Of a DNA stretch of 64,000 nucleotides, positions 40,967-49,825 are shown piece after piece. Where the stretch lies: the NCBI GenBank assembly GCA_965215345.1, contig CBDCDL010000001.1, forward strand, positions 580,328 to 644,327, written 5' to 3'. Numbering within the stretch: position 1 is the first letter of the stretch; each line of letters begins with the position of its first letter. Source of the DNA: Spirochaetia bacterium. GTDB taxonomy: Bacteria; Spirochaetota; Spirochaetia; SZUA-6; Bin103. The notes beneath the pieces are model-generated. The model worked only from the letters and a program-made list of their open reading frames with translations, did not search any database and was not told where the DNA came from. A program made the translations under genes and the position numbers.

Positions 40967-41040
40967 CGCGCGGAGTCGGCGAGGACATACGCTGGACGGC
41001 CTCCGGTCGAACGCGTACCGTTCCGGTTCGGAGGTAACGC

Positions 41041-42858
41041 ATGGCTAATGCACGCAAGCTGCTGTCTCTCCTGCTGATAGCGGCGTTCGCACTTGCAGGT
41101 ACCCACGTCTTCGCCGCCGCCCAGGACGAAGGGGCCGCCGGCGAGATGGAACGGGTATCCATCGGCATGATGTACCGGGGCTGGGACTCGTCCGCCTGGG
41201 ACTCGGATCTGATAGCGCAGGATCGGGTCTGGGGGTACATCGAGGAGAAGTTCAACATCGACTTCAGGATCGAGTACGGCGGCAGCGGAGACATCATCGT
41301 CGCATCGATGGCCGCCGGCACCGCGCCGGACATCGTGATGATGTGGCCCGGTCATCCGTGGCTGGGGATTCCGACCTGGCAGAGCTGGATCAACGACGGG
41401 TTGCTCACCAACCTGAACGACCTGGTCTCCGCCGATCCGGAGCGCTATCCGATCATCAACACGATCTTCCAGGATCCCGTGTACCGGCTGTACAACCTGG
41501 TGCAGAACGGGGGTGTCGACAACTACCACGCGCTCATGACCGGCAATCGCTTCAAGCCGATCACGGACAGCGCGATCGTCTACAACGGCTTCATGCTGGA
41601 CGATCTCGGCCTGGAGGTTCCGGCGACGTACGACGAGCAGATCACGGCCATGCGCATGGCGCGTGACCAGCTCGGCGCCACCGGCTTCGGCTGGCCGACC
41701 TACAAGGGCACCCACTGGAAGGGCCTGAACTACCTGTACTTCCAGACGCACGGACAGGAGGTGGACGGCTACCACCTGGACGAGGACGGCAACTGGTATG
41801 ACGCGGCGGTCGATCCGGGCAACAAGGCGATCTGGGCGACGGTGGCGGAGCATGCCGGCGAGCAGCTCCTCTATCCGGGGTGGCTGACCGGCGAGTTGTT
41901 CGAATACATCGATCAGATCGTTGCCGGCAAGCACCTGTCCGGCCTGTACAAGGGCCCGCGGCCCGACGGCTACATGGCGCACTTCGAGAAGTTCGTGACC
42001 GCCAACCCGGGAGCCACGCTGGCGGACTTCCCGCAGGGGCTGCACCCGATCAGCGGACCCGGCGGCCGCGCGCACGACGACGCGGTGCCGCTGGGCGTCT
42101 ACCGGGCCACCGCCATTCCGGCGTTCTCCGACAACCCCGACCGGGCGCTGGACCTGCTCGAATGGTGGGTCAGCGAGGAAGGGCAGGTCGCGCGCTGGTT
42201 CGGGATCAGGGGCATCCACTTCACCCAGGATGACTTCAGCGACTTCGACGCGGAGGAGTTCCTCAAGGACCAATCGTGGAACCCCGATGTCGCGGGGAAG
42301 ACGCTCGCCGAGGTCATGGTGGAACGCCCCGGGGACCTGATGTTCCTGCCGGGCGCCGCCACCTCCAACTACGACAACGGCATCGTCCCGTTCGCGGAGA
42401 CCGGGAGCTGGTTCGAGGCCTACAAGCACCTCAGGGACGTCCGCACCGAGCGCACGAACGCGGCGCTGGCGGTCCCCGACGGTGTCGAGTGCTCGGCGCC
42501 GTTCACGGCCGTCTGGCAAGGCGGCGGCTGTGCGGCGTGCACGGGACCCAATCCGCCGAAGTGGTGCCAGTTCCAGGCCGGGAACGAGCTCTGGCACAGC
42601 TTCCTGGCCGAGGGCTGGGAAGGCTGGCCGCAGTACGTGGACCTGGTAGCCCTCAGCGAAGAGGAACAGCAGGTCCAGGCCGCGCTGACGGACATCAAGA
42701 ACAAGTGGTGGGTCGCGTTCGTGCTGGGCAACAAGGACGTGGAGGCCGACTGGGACTCCTACGTCGCCGAGTACAACGAGGCCGGCGGCCAGATGCTGTT
42801 CGACGCCTGGAACGCCAAGGTCACCGACGCCAAGGCAACCTGGGACAGCGTCCAGTAG
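41041..42858 (+). CDS. carbohydrate ABC extracellular solute-binding protein
   Basis: GGAGG RBS; signal peptide ending VFAAAQDE; IEEKFNIDF, DWDSYVAEYNEAGG. Confidence 0.85.
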   Translation: MANARKLLSLLLIAAFALAGTHVFAAAQDEGAAGEMERVSIGMMYRGWDSSAWDSDLIAQDRVWGYIEEKFNIDFRIEYGGSGDIIVASMAAGTAPDIVMMWPGHPWLGIPTWQSWINDGLLTNLNDLVSADPERYPIINTIFQDPVYRLYNLVQNGGVDNYHALMTGNRFKPITDSAIVYNGFMLDDLGLEVPATYDEQITAMRMARDQLGATGFGWPTYKGTHWKGLNYLYFQTHGQEVDGYHLDEDGNWYDAAVDPGNKAIWATVAEHAGEQLLYPGWLTGELFEYIDQIVAGKHLSGLYKGPRPDGYMAHFEKFVTANPGATLADFPQGLHPISGPGGRAHDDAVPLGVYRATAIPAFSDNPDRALDLLEWWVSEEGQVARWFGIRGIHFTQDDFSDFDAEEFLKDQSWNPDVAGKTLAEVMVERPGDLMFLPGAATSNYDNGIVPFAETGSWFEAYKHLRDVRTERTNAALAVPDGVECSAPFTAVWQGGGCAACTGPNPPKWCQFQAGNELWHSFLAEGWEGWPQYVDLVALSEEEQQVQAALTDIKNKWWVAFVLGNKDVEADWDSYVAEYNEAGGQMLFDAWNAKVTDAKATWDSVQ

Positions 42859-42911
42859 TCGCATCCGGACCATCGGGGTGAGCGCTCGCTCGCGGGCGCT
42901 ACCCTTGATCG

Positions 42912-42942
42912 AGCGGCGCATCCGTCAGGGGTGCGCCGCTTT
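42912..42942. terminator. probable intrinsic terminator between convergent genes
   Basis: 12-bp stem AGCGGCGCATCC/GGGTGCGCCGCT, 5-nt loop, short T tail. Confidence 0.6.
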
Positions 42943-42959
42943 CGCTTAAGCCCTTCTTG

Positions 42960-43811
42960 TCAGAACCGCCGCTCGGGCCGTTCGCGGTAGAAGCGTTCCA
43001 GCGCCTTCCCGGCCGGCGACAGCTCGCCTTCCAGGCGCAGCCCGCCGTGTGACAGGTTGATGCTGGCCGCAACCGCCGCGGTTCCGGCGACCTCGTCCGT
43101 CTCACCCGCGACCGTGTCGACGGCGTCCACCCAGTGCGGGGTCAGGAGTTGGTTCCACAGGAGCGTGCCCGGCGGCATGGTGTAGCTCAGCACGTCCCCG
43201 GAGGTCAGCCCCTCCGGCCTGACCATGCCCGTGCGCCACTCCGGGTCCACGGCGCGCTCCAGCGGCGCCCACCGGTACGGGTCGGTCAGGCCGTTGAACA
43301 CCTTGGTGCCGTGGATCTGCCAGGCGACCACGTGCGACACGTCCATGTGGTAGCGGCCGGGTACGTGCGCGCCCGAGATGAAGACGATCGGGTAGCACCG
43401 GTACCAGGTAAAGCCGGCGCGTCCCATGAACGCCTGCCACGGATCCATCACGTCCTTCCATAGACCGGCGAACAGGTCGCCGCGGCTGGTGAAGTTGGTG
43501 AGCTTGAAGTGCGACAGCCCGAACGGCATCTCCATGACCCGCTCCAGCGGCAGGGCGCGGAACTCGTCGATGAAGTCGTCCTCGTCCCGGTAGTAGGGAC
43601 TGTCCGGCCGCTCCGGCGCCAGGTCGCGCAGGCGCACGTCGTCGTCGCGCCGCAATCGATCGACGATGTCAGCGACCGGGGGAGGCTCGTAGCTGAACGG
43701 CACGCACTCGCCGCCCAGCAGCACGTTGCGGGGACCGTCCCAATGGCGGTGCAACTCGGCGGCGGTGCGGACGGTCGCGCCTCCGGGCGGATCTTGACAG
43801 GGAAGGCCCAT
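42960..43811 (-). CDS. JmjC/cupin-like Fe(II)/2OG oxygenase-like protein
   Basis: YHMDVSHVVAWQIHGTKVF...PGTLLW...PHWV gives an HxD...H triad plus Lys. Confidence 0.65.
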   Translation of the reverse strand: MGLPCQDPPGGATVRTAAELHRHWDGPRNVLLGGECVPFSYEPPPVADIVDRLRRDDDVRLRDLAPERPDSPYYRDEDDFIDEFRALPLERVMEMPFGLSHFKLTNFTSRGDLFAGLWKDVMDPWQAFMGRAGFTWYRCYPIVFISGAHVPGRYHMDVSHVVAWQIHGTKVFNGLTDPYRWAPLERAVDPEWRTGMVRPEGLTSGDVLSYTMPPGTLLWNQLLTPHWVDAVDTVAGETDEVAGTAAVAASINLSHGGLRLEGELSPAGKALERFYRERPERRF

Positions 43812-43864
43812 GGCCGGTTCACTCTATCACGGCCGGTGCGTCCGGCCGCCCCGCCCGCTCGCAC

Positions 43865-44860
43865 ATGGCCCAGTACATCGTCAAGCGGCTCCTGCTGCTC
43901 TTTCCCACGCTGTTCGTCATCGCCGTCGTGTCGTTCGGCATCATTCACCTGCCGCCGGGCAACTACCTGGACACGTACATCGCCAATCTCGCCGCCACCG
44001 GCGAGACCGCGACCGAGGATGAGATCGCCGCCCTCGAGGCCCGGTACGGCCTGAACAAGCCGCTGCCGGCCCAGTTCCTGCGCTGGTTGTGGGGATTCGT
44101 GCGCGGCGACTTCGGCCAGTCGTTCCAGCATGAGAAGCCGGTGCGGACGCTGATCGGCGAGCGGCTGCTCTTCACGGTGGTGATCTCGCTGGCCTCCATC
44201 GTCTTCACCTACGTGATGTCGATCCCGATCGGCATCTACTCGGCGGTCCGTCAATACTCCCCCGCCGACCACCTGTTCACGGGCGTCGGGTTCCTGGGCC
44301 TGTCGATCCCCAACTTCATGCTGGCGCTCGTGCTGTTGTTCGTCCTCTACCGAAACTTCGACATCGTCGGCATCGGCCTGTTCTCCGACGCGTTCATCGA
44401 AGCGCCGTGGAGCCTCGCCAAGGGCTTCGACCTGCTCAAGCACCTGATCATCCCCGTGGTTGTGATCGGGACTTCCGGCACGGCCGGGCTCATCCGTGTC
44501 ATGCGCGGCAACCTGCTCGACGAGATCTCGCGCCAATACGTGATCACCGCGCGCGCCAAGGGCCTCGGGGAACGGCGGTTGCTGTTCAAGTACCCGGTGC
44601 GGCTGGCCGTCAACCCGCTGGTGTCGAGCGTCGCGTGGCTGCTGCCGGAGATCATCTCCGGAGAGACGATCACCGCGGTCGTGCTCAGCCTTGCGACCGT
44701 GGGTCCGCTGCTGCTGTCCTCGCTGCTGGCCCAGGACATGTTCCTGGCCGGCACTATCGTGATGTTCATGGCGTTCCTGACCGTGGTGGGTACCCTGGTG
44801 TCCGACCTCCTTCTGGCCGCGATCGATCCGCGTATCCGCTTCGAGCAGCGCGGGGCCTGA
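43865..44860 (+). CDS. peptide/nickel-type ABC permease (OppB-like)
   Basis: YIVKRLL, GDFGQS, SIPNF, YVITARAKGL, IDPRIR. Confidence 0.92.
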   Translation: MAQYIVKRLLLLFPTLFVIAVVSFGIIHLPPGNYLDTYIANLAATGETATEDEIAALEARYGLNKPLPAQFLRWLWGFVRGDFGQSFQHEKPVRTLIGERLLFTVVISLASIVFTYVMSIPIGIYSAVRQYSPADHLFTGVGFLGLSIPNFMLALVLLFVLYRNFDIVGIGLFSDAFIEAPWSLAKGFDLLKHLIIPVVVIGTSGTAGLIRVMRGNLLDEISRQYVITARAKGLGERRLLFKYPVRLAVNPLVSSVAWLLPEIISGETITAVVLSLATVGPLLLSSLLAQDMFLAGTIVMFMAFLTVVGTLVSDLLLAAIDPRIRFEQRGA

Positions 44861-44876
44861 ACGGAGTGACGATGGC

Positions 44877-46052
44877 ATGAGCGAGGCTTCGACGGGTCTC
44901 CCGCCGACCGCACGGTCCGCAGCCGAACTCCCCAGTCGGAGGCCGGAGAGATCGGACTCCGCGGAGGAACGGCTGTTCGTCGCCTCTCAGTGGCGGCTCA
45001 TGTGGTTGAAGTTCCGCCGGCACAAGGTCGCCCTGGTCGGCGTCGCGGTGACCGTGCTCTTCTACCTGCTGGCCGCCTTCTGCGAGGTGGTCGCACCCTA
45101 CGACCCGCGGCACCGCCACGGCCGCCACACGTTCGTGCCGCCGCAGGCCATACACTTCTACGACAGCGAGGGCGGCTTTTCGCTGCGGCCGTTCGTGTAC
45201 AAGCTGGAGCGGCACATCGACCCGCGCTCGCTGCGCCGCACCTACACGGAAGACCGATCGCAGCGTCACTACGTCAAGCTGCTCCACCGCGGCCAGGAGT
45301 ACCGGTGGTGGGGGCTGTTCGACGCCGACGTACACCTGTTCGGCGTGGACGATGAGGCGACGATCTTCCTGCTGGGCACTGACCGGCTTGGCCGGGACAT
45401 GCTGTCGCGCATCCTGTACGGGGCGCGCATCTCGCTGTCGATCGGCTTGGTCGGCGTGGCGATCAGCCTGCTGCTGGGACTGCTGCTCGGGGGCGTGTCC
45501 GGGTATTATGGAGGCCTCACCGACACGGTGGTGCAGCGCATCATCGAGTTGTTGCGCTCGTTCCCGACCATTCCGCTGTGGCTGGCGCTGAGCGCCGCGA
45601 TTCCGGAGACGTGGACGCCCGTGCAGCGGTACTTCGCCATCACCGTGATCCTGTCGGTGCTGGGCTGGACGGGACTGGCGCGCGTGGTACGCGGCAAGTT
45701 GCTGGCCCTGCGCGAGGAGGAGTTCGTCACCGCGGCGCTGGTGGCGGGGGAGCGCGAGGGCAGGGTCATCCGGCGTCACCTGCTGCCGTCGTTCATGAGC
45801 CACATCATCGTCTCCATCACCCTGAGCATCCCGGGCATGATCCTGGCGGAGACCGGGCTGAGCTTCCTGGGCCTGGGGCTGCGCCCACCGGAGATAAGCT
45901 GGGGCGTGCTGCTCAAGGAGGCGCAGAACATCACCGCGGTGGGGCTGAACCCCTGGCTGCTGCTGCCGGCGGTCCCGATCGTGCTGACCGTGCTGGCGTT
46001 CAACTTCGTCGGCGACGGCCTGCGCGATGCCGCGGACCCCTACAAGGCTTGA
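44877..46052 (+). CDS. peptide/nickel-type ABC permease (OppC-like)
   Basis: LGTDRLGRDMLSRILYGARISL, ETGLSFLGLG, GDGLRDAADP. Confidence 0.92.
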   Translation: MSEASTGLPPTARSAAELPSRRPERSDSAEERLFVASQWRLMWLKFRRHKVALVGVAVTVLFYLLAAFCEVVAPYDPRHRHGRHTFVPPQAIHFYDSEGGFSLRPFVYKLERHIDPRSLRRTYTEDRSQRHYVKLLHRGQEYRWWGLFDADVHLFGVDDEATIFLLGTDRLGRDMLSRILYGARISLSIGLVGVAISLLLGLLLGGVSGYYGGLTDTVVQRIIELLRSFPTIPLWLALSAAIPETWTPVQRYFAITVILSVLGWTGLARVVRGKLLALREEEFVTAALVAGEREGRVIRRHLLPSFMSHIIVSITLSIPGMILAETGLSFLGLGLRPPEISWGVLLKEAQNITAVGLNPWLLLPAVPIVLTVLAFNFVGDGLRDAADPYKA

Positions 46053-46153
46053 GCGGCGGCCAAGGCTTGAACGAAGGGCGCGCACGGGCTAACCTCCCGC
46101 GATCGACTCGTGAACCACACGAGACGGCATCACCAACCACAAGGAGACTCGAC

Positions 46154-48094
46154 GTGTCCCATGTTCGTTTTTTCGTAGCGGCTGTCCTGCTGACCGCGGC
46201 GGCCGTCCTGAGCGTAGCCCAAGCCGGCGTGGGGTATCCGCTGGGCCAGTGGGCGACGGTCGCCGCCTTCGAGCGCGACACCGGCGCCACGATCACGGAG
46301 TACAGCGAAGCCCCGGTCCTGCAGGCCATGGTGTCGGACGGCACGCTGCCCGCCGTCGCCGATCGCCTGCCCCTGGAGCCGGCGGTGGTAGCCCCCGCCG
46401 AGGCGGTGGGTCAATACGGCGGCACCTGGCGGCGCGTAGCCACGCGGCCCACGGACAACCGCCTGGCCGACCGGATGGGGTACGAGCCCCTGCTGCGCCG
46501 CGCCCGCGACGGCACGGCGGTCGTCGCCAACATCGCCCACCGCTGGGAGGCGAGCCCGGATGGCACCCAGTTCACCTTCCACCTGCGCGAGGGCATGAAG
46601 TGGTCCGACGGCGCGCCGTTCACGGCTGACGACATCGTCTTCCAGTTCGAGAATGTCTACGGGAACGAGGAGATCACCCCGGTCTTTCCAGACTGGCTGA
46701 CCGTGAAGACTGTGGCGCCCACCCTCACCAAGGTTGACGATCAGACGATCGTCTTGACGTTCTCGGACACCAACGGTCTGTTCGAGGAGGTGCTGACCTT
46801 CCGCGGCGACGGCATCTTCGCTCCCAAGCACTACCTGGAGCAGTTCCACGCCGACTTCACCGACAAGGACAAGCTGAACGAAGCTGCCCAGGCCGAGGGC
46901 TTCGAGCTGTGGCACCAGCGGTACGGCCAGTTGGCCAACGTGACCCTCAACCAGGACCTCCCGACCATCCGCCCGTGGAAGCTTGCCACCGAGGCGACCG
47001 GCGTGACGCGCCAGATCGCCGAGCGCAACGCCTTCTACTGGAAGGTGGACACGGTCGGCCAACAGCTCCCCTACATCGACCGCATGGCGATCGACGTGGT
47101 GGAAAGCGGCGAGGCCGCCAACTTCAAGGCGATGGCGGGCGAGATCGACATGCAGTCGCGCTACATGAGCTTCGGCAACTTCACCCTGTTCGTGGAGAAC
47201 GAGCAGGCGGAGGACTACCAGGTGCGGCAGTGGATCAACCCGATCCCGGACGCGCTGAAGTTCAACCTGACCTACGAGGACGCGGTCCTGCGCGAGCTGT
47301 TCAACGAGCGTGACTTCCGCATCGCCATGTCCAAGGCCATCGACCGCCAGGAGATCGGCGATCTGGTCTACCTGGGCGTCGCCATTCCGTGGCAGGCGGT
47401 CCCGGTCGAGGCCGATCCGTTCTTCGTGCCGCCGGTGCACACCGACTACGATCCTGACGGCGCCAATCGGCTGCTCGACGGCATCGGCCTGACGGCTCGC
47501 GACGGCGACGGCTTCCGCCTGCGCCCGGACGGCGACCAGTTGCAGCTCATCATCTCCTCCTATGGTGCCGAGGAAGCCGGCGGCGGAGCCGACATGCTGG
47601 AGCTGATCAAGGACCACTGGGAGGCGGTGGGCATCCGCACATCGATCTCGATCGAGGACCGCAGCCTGTGGTCTCAACGCCGCGCGTCCGGTGAATTCAT
47701 GGTGAACGCCTACCTGACCGTCGGCATTCACTGGTCGATCGACCCCAACTGGTACGTGCCTGTGAGCGGCTCGCAGCACGGCTGGGCGCCCGAGTCCGCC
47801 CGCTGGTATGCCACCAACGGCGAAGCCGGCGAGGAGCCGACGCCCGAGATCAAGCAGCTCCAGGAGTGGTACGGGCAGATGCAGACCACCGCCGATCCGG
47901 ATGAGCGCATCGCGATCGGCAGGAACATCATCCAGTCGCACGTCGACAACGTGTGGATGATCGGCACGGTCCGCTACCCGGCGGTGGCGATCGTCAAGAA
48001 CAACTTCCGCAACGTGCCGGAGGACGTCATCCAGAGCTGGCGCCTGAAGAGCCCCGGCTACACCAACGTGGAGCAGTACTGGATCGAAGGTTAG
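46154..48094 (+). CDS. ABC solute-binding protein, family 5
   Basis: AAGGAG then GTG; LPAVADRLP.EP, LREGMKWSDGAPFTADD, NAFYWKVD..GQQLPYID. Confidence 0.9.
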   Translation: MSHVRFFVAAVLLTAAAVLSVAQAGVGYPLGQWATVAAFERDTGATITEYSEAPVLQAMVSDGTLPAVADRLPLEPAVVAPAEAVGQYGGTWRRVATRPTDNRLADRMGYEPLLRRARDGTAVVANIAHRWEASPDGTQFTFHLREGMKWSDGAPFTADDIVFQFENVYGNEEITPVFPDWLTVKTVAPTLTKVDDQTIVLTFSDTNGLFEEVLTFRGDGIFAPKHYLEQFHADFTDKDKLNEAAQAEGFELWHQRYGQLANVTLNQDLPTIRPWKLATEATGVTRQIAERNAFYWKVDTVGQQLPYIDRMAIDVVESGEAANFKAMAGEIDMQSRYMSFGNFTLFVENEQAEDYQVRQWINPIPDALKFNLTYEDAVLRELFNERDFRIAMSKAIDRQEIGDLVYLGVAIPWQAVPVEADPFFVPPVHTDYDPDGANRLLDGIGLTARDGDGFRLRPDGDQLQLIISSYGAEEAGGGADMLELIKDHWEAVGIRTSISIEDRSLWSQRRASGEFMVNAYLTVGIHWSIDPNWYVPVSGSQHGWAPESARWYATNGEAGEEPTPEIKQLQEWYGQMQTTADPDERIAIGRNIIQSHVDNVWMIGTVRYPAVAIVKNNFRNVPEDVIQSWRLKSPGYTNVEQYWIEG

Positions 48095-48132
48095 CCGGTA
48101 CGCATCGCGGTTCCCGCACGGGAACTCGAACA

Positions 48133-48167
48133 GGGAGAGGGCGGTACATCGATTGCCGCCCTCTCTC
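48133..48167 (+). terminator. stem-loop downstream of the ABC operon
   Basis: 14-bp stem GGGAGAGGGCGGTA/TGCCGCCCTCTCTC (two G-T pairs), 7-nt loop. Confidence 0.55.
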
Positions 48168-48261
48168 GCATTGTGAGCGCCAAGGACTTCTCTCCATGGA
48201 GCGTTGACCATCTCCGACGGATCTGGGATGGTCCTTCCGACAGAACGCAGGCAGTGACGAG

Positions 48262-48480
48262 ATGAAGATCAAAGTCGTGATTCATCAAGCAGAGGAAGGC
48301 GGGTATTGGGCGGAGGTGCCCTCCATTCCCGGCTGTGCAACGCAGGGAGAGTCCTTCGAAGAGCTCTTGAAGAACCTGTATGAAGCGGTCGAAGGTTGCC
48401 TGTCGGTCGATGTCGACGAGATCCCAAGGCTGGGGTTCCAGTTCGTATCTCCGTCCCCGTCCATGGGAACAGCGCTCTGA
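48262..48480 (+). CDS. hicB: HicB-family antitoxin, orphan, C-terminus possibly replaced
   Basis: EEGGYWAEVPSIPGCATQGESFEELLKNLYEAVEG; no hicA seen on either side. Confidence 0.8.
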   Translation: MKIKVVIHQAEEGGYWAEVPSIPGCATQGESFEELLKNLYEAVEGCLSVDVDEIPRLGFQFVSPSPSMGTAL

Positions 48481-48553
48481 AGGTTGGGCTTCAGCGACGC
48501 CTGATGAGGCTGGCCGGCGTCGAAGAGTCCGATCTTTGATGTACCATCGGTCC

Positions 48554-49825
48554 ATGCTTCCTGAGCGGTTCCTGGTCTTCTACAACTACGATCCCACCGA
48601 TCCGCCGCGGTTCCACGACGGGCCGATCGACCGCGACTACTTCGACTGGCTGTTCGAGATGCTGGCCGGCACCGGGCTGACCTTCCTGTACCGGTGCAAC
48701 ACCGCCGGCCGCGCCTACTACCCGTCGCAGACGATGGCGCCGTTCGACCACGCCTGCGTCGATCCGCACAACCCGGCGGCGCAGTACTGGCACCGCGTGG
48801 CCGACATCCTGGACATCGGCGACCCGCTGGCGAGCGCCGTGGAGGCGGCGCGCCGGCACGGCGTGCCGATCTGGGGCTGGGTCAACTGGAACGAGTTCCA
48901 GTGCGTGCGCCGCGACTACGTCTCCCTGGTGGACCCGGTCTGGTACGCCGCGCCGCGCAAGTACTGGTGCTCGCGCGACGGATCGCGCTTCTATCACGGC
49001 ATCCCCGACTACGGCGACGCGGAGGTGCAGGAGCGGCTGGCGGCGATGACCGGCGAGCTGCTGGGCTACGGCATCGACGGCCTGTACCTGTCGACCCGCT
49101 CGCATAGCTGGTACGCCTGCTTCGACACGCCCGGCTGGGACGAGCACCTGGAGCCGTTCGGCTTCACCGACCGCGTGGTCGCCGACTACCGCGAGCGGCA
49201 CGGCGTCGATATCCGCTACGAACCGTACGACACCGAGGAGTTCTACCGGATCAAGGGCGAGCACTTCTCGGAGGTGATCACCCGCACCGGCAGCCAGATG
49301 CACGGCGCCGGCACGCCGTTCGTGGTCGGCCTGTCGCCGGACCGCCACGAGCTGTGCGTGGCGTTCGGCGACGGCAGGATGGCGGGTGGGCCGCACCTGC
49401 TGCTGTACAAGGACTGGGAACGGTGGGCTGCCGACCGGGCTGTGGACGGCATCTGCTCCGAGCGCGCCTGTCCGCACGAGGTGATCCTGGACGCGCCGCC
49501 GCTGGAGCTGTTCCGCCGCACCCTGCCGGACGGCTTCCCGCTGTTCCTGTGGCTGGACAACGCCCGCTTCATCAACCGCGACTACGGGCCGTTCCACCTG
49601 GGCAACTGGGACCGGTACGCGGTCGAGGAGGTGGTGGGCATGGTGGACGCGGCCCGGCAGGCGGGCGCCCGCGGGGCGTTCCTGCACTCGCTGTACCACT
49701 ACACCTCGATCGACTCCGGCGGTGAGTCGATCGGCGGGCCGGCCGATGGGCCGGGCGGCTACGGCGTGCTGCCGCGCCGCGAGTACCTGGAGGCGCTGCG
49801 CCGCTGGTCGGCCGGCCGTGCCTGA
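48554..49825 (+). CDS. GHL10-like TIM-barrel protein
   Basis: GRAYYPS, DPLASAVEAARRHGV, PDYGDAEV, YGIDGLYL. Confidence 0.7.
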   Translation: MLPERFLVFYNYDPTDPPRFHDGPIDRDYFDWLFEMLAGTGLTFLYRCNTAGRAYYPSQTMAPFDHACVDPHNPAAQYWHRVADILDIGDPLASAVEAARRHGVPIWGWVNWNEFQCVRRDYVSLVDPVWYAAPRKYWCSRDGSRFYHGIPDYGDAEVQERLAAMTGELLGYGIDGLYLSTRSHSWYACFDTPGWDEHLEPFGFTDRVVADYRERHGVDIRYEPYDTEEFYRIKGEHFSEVITRTGSQMHGAGTPFVVGLSPDRHELCVAFGDGRMAGGPHLLLYKDWERWAADRAVDGICSERACPHEVILDAPPLELFRRTLPDGFPLFLWLDNARFINRDYGPFHLGNWDRYAVEEVVGMVDAARQAGARGAFLHSLYHYTSIDSGGESIGGPADGPGGYGVLPRREYLEALRRWSAGRA

